Assembly (NCBI GenBank): GCA_951406725.2
Contig: OX597816.1
Location: 109,306,001-109,370,000 of the forward strand
From: Octopus vulgaris
Lineage: Eukaryota
Reading direction: 5' to 3'
DNA length: 64,000 nucleotides
Shown: positions 56,373 to 64,000 of the stretch, one piece after another
Layout of the letters: each line of letters opens with the position of its first letter
Numbering within the stretch: position 1 is the stretch's first letter
Program-made: the position numbers and the translations under genes
Notes under the pieces: generated by a model
What the model was told of the DNA's origin: nothing
Seen by the model: the letters and a program-made list of their open reading frames with translations, nothing else
Database searches by the model: none

Positions 56373-58858
56373 GTATATCGGTGAAAGGTGCAGACATATA
56401 TACCACTCCAAAACCAACTCACATGCATGCTCAATTTTGTATTCAGTTTCTATCGATCTGATTCCATTTACGGTGTATTGGACAGAAAATATTTGCTCAA
56501 GATACCATGCTGTGAGATCGAACATGGAACCAAGCGGTTGCGAAATCAACTTGTTTAACACTCAACAATACTTTCACACATTTAGAGGCAACTTTTTGAT
56601 GCAATGAATCTAAGACTGGGTTTTAAAACCTAATTGGAAGTCTTTCATTTAATTGTTAATTAATGTGTTTGGAGCAGTCATGAATGTTACAACTCCTGGT
56701 TATTCCTGATTGAGAGCACGGCAATGGTATTGCCGGTGTATAATTAAATACGGACTTAAAGAAGATATCTGTTGTTTGTCGAAGTTATTTTAAATCCTAC
56801 TATTTGCATTTTAATGAATTACCAACTTAACCCCTCACGAAGACAAGTAGGCGCATAATCTGAGGATTAGCACCATTCATAATATAGTATGATAACAATT
56901 TATCAAGGAATTAATGACGTTAGTGTGTGGGATAAATAGATACCCAAGTTTTGACTTAAATCAAAGGCCCCATAATATAACATGCACGTTTTCTCAAGTG
57001 TTTTAGTAGCATAGGCGAAATAGTTTCAGCTGGTAAATGAAGCATATTAACAATTTGAATTTTTCAAGCTGATACTAGAACACGAACTTACTAACTGGAT
57101 TCCGTTACGTGTTTTACAAACCATAGAAGAATGAAAGTCCAAGTAGGTTTCGGCGAGATTCGAACTATAAAATGAAGAGAAACATAAATAATAATATATA
57201 TAAGAGCACATAAACATATTTACCTCTCCACTGAATTATATTTATATATTTCAACTAGAATTATTTCACATGTTTATCCATTTATTTGCCTATATATTTA
57301 CCTAATTATTTATATATCTATTTGTATGTTTTTTTGGCTCTCGATGCTTCCTGGTCAGTTATTAGACGTCTGATACATAGTTGGAAGTCTGCCATATGTC
57401 TGTACTTAGCTGCAACACATTAAGATTAAGGAGCGTTTAAGTCAATAATTTCATTTCTTTACTTGAAGAGAAATTATAGTTCTCTTGTTTAGTTTCAGTC
57501 TTGAAAATTTTCTTATGAGATAAATAGAAAATGTTTCTTATACTTTCTTAAACTGTTCCTTTTCTTTATTAGTTAAATGTAAAGTATTTGTTACGGCGTA
57601 AGAAGAATATTTTTTTTCTATTTCCGTTAAATCAATTCAAAACACAGCTGGCTGTGTTGAAAGTGTGTTAACAGGCAGAAGGGTAATCTTTTTGAATAAC
57701 ATCAATTTACTCTAACCCACCTAGTGGCAAGTATGTGCAAATGGGTGATACTATTTACTATTGAATGTTATGGAGGCTCTTCGCGATTAACGAATGTTTC
57801 ATTATCTAATAGCTCTGAGTTCAAAAATTATTTGGTGTAGATTAAAATGCGATACTTCTATCCTCTTGATTCTATAAGATCACACTATTTCGGCAAGTTT
57901 TAACAGAACACTCCACCGCCCCCATTGTGAATCAACTGTAGCTACTACAGGGTTCGGTTTTATGTCCTATTCCCTTCTATGAACAGAAACCTTGAGAAAT
58001 CATTCAATGATGCCATGCCAGCCTTGTTTATTTTAACAGCAAAACTACAACACAAGCATTTCTTATATCGAGAAAACACTATCACACCCCACACTCCAAT
58101 ACACGAACGGCGCTCACTATAGCCATCACACCCACTCTAAACACTGGGTTACTTATAAGCAGTACCTGAAGTTATTTTGCTCCTAAATATCTGCTGACAT
58201 ACTTCGAAGCTCAACTGAGGACAACAATGAAAGCTGCTCCTATATTTAAGACAGTGCGATTGCTATGCACATGGACATCCTGGACTGTATCTAGAAAAAG
58301 GTTGTTCGACTGATTGACATTCAATCTTCATGAGACACGTTTCATCCTCGAACCTACTGGTGCCCTGTCCTCAGACCAACGATCCTCTGGAATGCTTCAC
58401 TTGCACATATCTTCACCGTCAAAACTTTCAACGGAACGTTAATAACACCAAACTCATTGGTCCAGAGGCCTTACAAAGGTCATGGGCGTTGCCGCTCCTT
58501 CTAGTCATAGCTAGCTTAAAAAACACTCTTACAAGAAGGTAAAGTTTTCAGATTTTGATTTATGGATCAAGGAATTGTGAGACTCGTTTTATCTTCGGCT
58601 GGGAGATTCGCACAGCTTAACACCATCTACGCCGCCAGCAGAGTTCACTCTGTTATTAGCATTCGCTCAAAATCTCTGGTAGAAAGATAACTAGATATGG
58701 CACTACATTCTACAGCAGTAGAATTTCTTCTTATGTCACTATTGTGTACATCAAATGTCGTGTACAAGACCGTCTTCCTTTAACTAAGCCACAAAACGTA
58801 AATATAGCAAATGGATCTAACACCAGTTTTCAAGACATCAAGTCCGGAAGAGTCATAC

Positions 58859-59145
58859 TACAGGATGATTCAAAAGTCGCCATACATAGGAGGAATTAAT
58901 TGTTTTTATAAGAAGCAGTTTATAAGAACAGTTTTATTTTATTTAACAATCTCTATATGGTTACCATTGTTTTGAATACACATTTCAATACGTTTACCCA
59001 ACTCATTGTCAACTCGTAATAGCACATCTGGTGATGCGTTACTTCAAATGATTTATGTCTTTTATCTTTTGCGATGCACCATGCCTTTCAAATGCCCCCA
59101 AAGGTAGAAATCAAGAGGGGTCAGATCAGGAGATCTAGGGGATCT
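58859..59145 (-). mobile_element. Tc1/mariner 3' remnant
   Basis: PRSPDLTPLDFYLWGHLK on the minus strand (59087-59140); TA|CAGGATGATTCAAAAGT TIR-like end at 58859. Confidence 0.75.
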
Positions 59146-59154
59146 TACAAACTG

Positions 59155-59880
59155 CTTGTAATAAAAAAGTAAATTTAACTAAAGGCCATTATATGCACGA
59201 ATACATTCGGCCTAAAAAGGTGATGGAGCCACTCAACTGGATGAAGCAGAACAACCCTTTGTATAAGAATATCGTCATCTCCACAGACTAGGAAAATCGG
59301 TGGGAAGATAATGACCCAGCTGTGGGAAGCAATAGCCAAAGCCTGTCCAGAGGAGATGGAAGTTGATCAACCAGAATCCCTTGCTCCTCTGTCGCCCATG
59401 CCAACTGGAAACAGTTACCGTATACTGGAACTTCTGGCTAAGAGGCGCAACTTGAAGATCAGGCAGATCCCTGCGGATGGTAATTGCTTCTTTCATGCTG
59501 TATCAGCATCTCTCACTTCAGTTGGAGAGCAGAACATCGATGGGCCCGACATACGACAAAAGCTCATTGACTATCTTGAGACAACATCTGAGAAGCAGTA
59601 TTACTTTGGCTTTTTACAACGTAACAACAGCTTACACCAGTCGTCTGTACATAACCATCGTCCTTGGCGATTTCAACGTGGATCTCCTTGATTCCCCTAA
59701 CCACGAGATCTTGACAACTATGAACCAGTTTGTGTTCGACCAACTTGTCCAAAACCCCACCACCGACTATGGAAGCCTGCTAGATCTTGTTTATGTGAAC
59801 CAGGATCGGCGTCCTCAAATCACTGTAACCGACTGTTTCCGACCATGATGTTGTGTGTATCACTCAAGTTTTAGGTAATT
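59155..59880 (+). mobile_element. Internally deleted Helentron/Helitron2 coding remnant (N-terminal domain, OTU protease, APE endonuclease)
   Basis: KGHYMHEYIRPKKVMEPLNWMKQNNPLYKNI (DUF6570-like), IPADGNCFFHAVS (OTU), then IVLGDFNVDLL...QLVQNPTTDYGSLLDLVYVN (APE C-terminus). Confidence 0.75.
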
Positions 59881-59984
59881 GTTGTTCCTTTTTAGTTGTA
59901 TGGTGAAACTAGCTTGCTGTTGTCATTGATGTGTTATAACTGCTTCAGATGATTCCTGTTTTTAGAGTTTTTTTAAAAAAAAAT

Positions 59985-60116
59985 TTTACCCCCGCCAAGG
60001 AGGTTATGTTTTTGCCAGCATTGGTTTGGAAATTGGGCGATGATTTTCAGCATGCGTGTATATGGATGGAAATGAACTGCTTGGTGGAGGTCTGCGTTCT
60101 CCGAGTGTTTTTCTAG
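59985..60116 (+). mobile_element. Tiny non-autonomous Helentron-associated (HINE/DINE-like) element
   Basis: Subterminal inverted repeats acccccgccaag (59988) / cttggtggaggt (60080), then hairpin gcgttc-tcc-gagtgt and terminal CTAG. Confidence 0.6.
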
Positions 60117-60125
60117 TTATTATTA

Positions 60126-60187
<62 letters not shown>

Positions 60188-61257
60188 CTCATCATTATTA
60201 TTATTTGTTGGATTTCAAAGTCGATTGGGTATCGGGAATATACACAGCAACATTCATTTACTTCTAACTACTTCAAAGTGAATATTATTGTATAGTGCGT
60301 TAAACTGACGGAAACGTTAGGGTACCAAATACAATGTCGTTCGTTATTTATTTCAGATCTTTACGTTTTGAGTTCAAATGTTAATCGAGTCCAGCAAATT
60401 GGAATTGAAATTCGTTTTGTTCCTGGTGCGAAAGTAAAGACTCTTCAATGTTGTTATAACTTAAACACCCCTGGTCCCTGTGGCACCCTCAACAGGAATC
60501 CAAAATTTAAAGGAGAAAACAAATCCATCAGACGGTTTTTTCTATATTCTTGGTCAGTCTATACCTTGCCAAATGCAATCAACATATTACAGTCGAAGTG
60601 ATCGCAAAGCCAGGTGAAATGAAGTATTTTGCTCAAGAGTACCACGCACCACTCAGTCCAGGAGTCGAAACCAAGATCTTGCTATCGTTTGTGCAACACC
60701 TTAACCATTAAATGCATATAAGAATTATTTAGCCTCGTATCCACTTGTCCTCTCTGTTTTCAAACTGAATGATTTCCAGATGCTTTTATAAAAGAATACA
60801 CAGATACACACTTAAGACACACGAACGAATATCCACACAGTCATACTCGTAGACAAATACACACAAGTTTAAATAGATACAAAAATATAAACATTCAAGA
60901 TTATATATGGAGATAATATTTATCAGAACAGCCAATCGTTCTGCCAGTCATTAACAATATCAGTCCGCTTCTACCCTAGATGAAGCTTATTATGTTGCAG
61001 GAACTAAGTCAATGATACTTAAATTTATACTGAGTGCGAACTGAAGCGATATTAATAAAATTATTTCCTGTCATAGTAATTATATATTATATGTGTCTAT
61101 TCATTATGTATATATATATATATATATATATATGTCTACACACACACACACCAACAGACACGTGAACGCACTCACACTAACACGTGTGTGTTTACGTATA
61201 TATAGATGATGCTATATGTATGTATATATATACGTGTGTGTGTGTGTGCGTGTGTTT

Positions 61258-61631
61258 GGAGGCGCAATGACCCAGTGGTTGGGGCAGCGACTTGCGGTCG
61301 CGTGATCGTGGTTTCGATTCCCAGACCGGCGTTGTGAGTGTTTATTGAGCGAAAACATATAAAGCCCCACGAGTCTCCGGCAGGGGGCGGTGGCGAACCC
61401 TGCTGTACTGTACTCTTTCACCACCGCGTTCTCTCATTCTATCTCCCTGTTTCTGTATTTCAAAGGGCCAGCGTTGTCACACACTGTGTCATGTTACGTT
61501 GGATCTCCCCAAGAACTACGATAAGGGTACACATGTCTGTGGAGTGCTCATCCACTTACACATTAATTTCACGAGTAGGCTGTTCCGTTGATCGGGTCAA
61601 GTGGAACCCACGTCGTCATAACCGAGTGCCA
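61258..61631 (+). mobile_element. Full-length tRNA-derived SINE
   Basis: ggaggcgcaa-tgacccagtgg (A box)...gtttcgattcc (B box), body shared with other copies, (AT)n tail. Confidence 0.85.
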
Positions 61632-61822
61632 CGATATATATATATATATGGATGTATATATATTTATGTGTGTGTGTTTACACATCATACATACATACAT
61701 ACATGCATACATACATACATACATACATACATGCATGCATGTATACATACATACATACATACATACATACACACATACATACATAGATGCTTCAATATGC
61801 TTTTATGTATATGAAAACTAAC

Positions 61823-61964
61823 TTCGTAAATTCAAACGAATCTCTCATGTCAAGATCTTTATAGGTTCTTGATAACACCACGATGCCAAATTTTGTCCAT
61901 TTTGAAGAGAAGTCGCTATTAGTTACGTTCGAAGTCTTTGTTGAAAAGTCAGTTATCAGTTCAC
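61823..61964 (-). other. Candidate 142-nt coding exon
   Basis: attatttctttgcag acceptor; open frame ELITDFSTKTSNVTNSDFSSKWTKFGIVVLSRTYKDLDMRDSFEFT; donor gttagt. Confidence 0.35.
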
Positions 61965-62567
61965 CTGCAAAGAAATAATGCAGTTTTTAATAAGAAGAAT
62001 TGTAATTTATGCATGTGAGATTTCATAATTCTAGCATCATTCCTTCATAGTCAGCCTATGAATTTTTCAGCCCACACTCATAAGTACTAGAATTCGACGA
62101 AAACCCTTCAAGGCAGAAGTCCAAAACTGAAAGAAGTAAAAGTTAATAATGAAAATTGATAGAAACGATTGATGTAATAACTTGACGCACATGAATTTCA
62201 TGAAGAAATATTAATTCATCTAATGAAGGCATTTATTTACTGATTGTACTCTTCAATTGAATAGAAACTGCGGTTTGAAATCAATAAACTGAACGGCTGA
62301 ATCGCCTATAAATCTATGTAACGCAAAACAAACGTTTACATTTTCCTTGCGGTAATCTCCAGGAAAACGCACGTGCATACGCACACATAAGCGCACAGAC
62401 ACACGCATACATAATATGTGTGAAAGAAAGATGATGAATATTGAAAAAGAGAGAAAGTTGTCTATTAATCTCTCTTTTTTTTTGCTCTCTTTTCCTCTCT
62501 ATATGATCTTTGTTTGATATATAGTTTACATACACATGTATACATACATACGTACCTATGTACATAC

Positions 62568-62985
62568 AAGAAACCTGCAGTTACTCTATCCAAGTTAAAG
62601 TTCAGTTTCATACCTGTGATTATTGGGGCCTTGGGATATGTATCACACTATCTAAATAGCAATCTTGAGAAATTAGGCTTCTCAAAACCAGAAAGGAGAA
62701 AGCTAATTCGAATACTACAGATCCAATCCATCACTGGAACTATAAAAATCTGTAAAACTTTCCAGAAGTTTATCATTTAAATATATATTAGTATGTCAAG
62801 ATATGCAACTATATGCATGAGAATACATGCATAAAGTAAAACATATAAGTCTACATATATACAAGGATACATACAAAAAAAAATGCCTGTTGCTGATGTT
62901 GGAATTCCAGTGAAGCCTTAGATCTAAGTTAAAAACCGGCTCTTTCTCTATTGGCAAGAAATCTTGAAATAAAAGCGAACAATGA
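62568..62985 (+). mobile_element. 3' fragment of a restriction-like-endonuclease (R4-type) non-LTR element with an (ACAT)n tail
   Basis: LKFSFIPVIIGALGYV...LEKLGF...LQIQSITGTIKICKTF* followed by a 3' UTR and (ACAT)n. Confidence 0.65.
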
Positions 62986-64000
62986 CATACATACATACAT
63001 ACGTACGTACGTACATACATACATAATTGGATGTATATATGTATGAAGACATAAGAAACCAAAATTCCTTTTAATAAATATATCAATATATGAAATAAAG
63101 TAGTACACAACTTTCGGAAATGGTGCTTTTACAAATGCATTAGCCATACAAGATTGCAAGATGCAGGTACAATCAGAAAATATTTAAAAGCTCATATCAA
63201 AGCAATTTATAAGCATAATAAATATGCGTATTCAAATATTTACTCATCTCTCTCTCTCTCCCCTCTATATATATATATGATTGTATGTGTGTGTTTTTGC
63301 ATTTGTGTGTGTATATGTATGTGTGTATGGGTGTCACTTAGAAGTGCATCCGGTGGACTCTGCGTAAGAAATCTTCATGGCTCAACGGAGGGAAAGGCAG
63401 ATGCAACATGCGTTGTGGAGTGCATAGAGCAAGACGAGGAAGCAACACATCTTGGTCCTCCATTGCAACCATTTCCACCCTCATGCATTCCTCCATGCAT
63501 GCATGCGTGCTTCTAACCATTCAACTAGTACAATGTCCATTCCTACATGCATGGATATACATATTCATTTATATAAAGATATATATATATAACAAGTCAC
63601 ACATCTGTATATAAGTGTGTGTGTGTGTGTGTGTGTGTGTGAGTTTGTGAGAGTGCGTGCTTGTGCACATGCACAATTGTATGATATCAGAGCCATTTCT
63701 TGTATGAATACAGTCCTGGGGTGTATGAATTATTGTAATAAATGATAGTAAAGCCAAATCTGATCTCAATATAAACCTTTCATATGTATGAGAAACAGCT
63801 GGGAAAATACTTTACCCTCTGGCCTTAAGTAGCAGGCGTTGGTCTCACACACAAATATGCACTCACACAGACACACTCATACATATATATATGTATATGC
63901 TTAAAAGTATAAGTATATACATACACATCATACATGCATAAACACCTACAAACATACAGACATATATATCTATCTACAGGCATGTGTGTTCACACATTCC

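Noticed and set aside
61258-61335. tRNA gene
   Set aside because: A and B boxes are present but continue into a multi-copy SINE body; no complete cloverleaf.

Overview
This is a very AT-rich, microsatellite-saturated eukaryotic (animal) window made almost entirely of transposable elements and their debris. The SINE and repeat landscape looks like an octopus/cephalopod genome (inference from recalled repeat families, not verified). The only long intact ORF (16308-19586, minus strand) is a young Penelope-like element (PLE): RT plus GIY-YIG, with ~705-bp direct pseudo-LTRs that each carry a minimal hammerhead ribozyme (HHR). The most striking feature is a non-coding array at 9697-12226. It has 3.35 near-identical 595-bp tandem units plus a 540-bp inverted copy, and each complete unit carries a canonical type I HHR with an unusually long (~70-nt) stem II. 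This is retrozyme/circRNA-like. Similar long-stem-II HHRs sit in the 3' regions of two truncated GIY-YIG PLEs of a second lineage (13322-14669 and 21690-22600), which are the likely mobilising partners. Other content: a non-autonomous Helitron split by ~8 kb of nested PLE insertions, (TAA)n-targeted R4/Dong-type retrotransposons, decayed LINEs, Tc1/mariner remnants, an internally deleted Helentron (OTU + APE), tRNA-derived SINEs, and a duplicated 22-nt candidate micro-exon suggesting a minus-strand host gene. Most short ORFs in the supplied track are microsatellite artefacts. No searches were run; all calls were made by eye.
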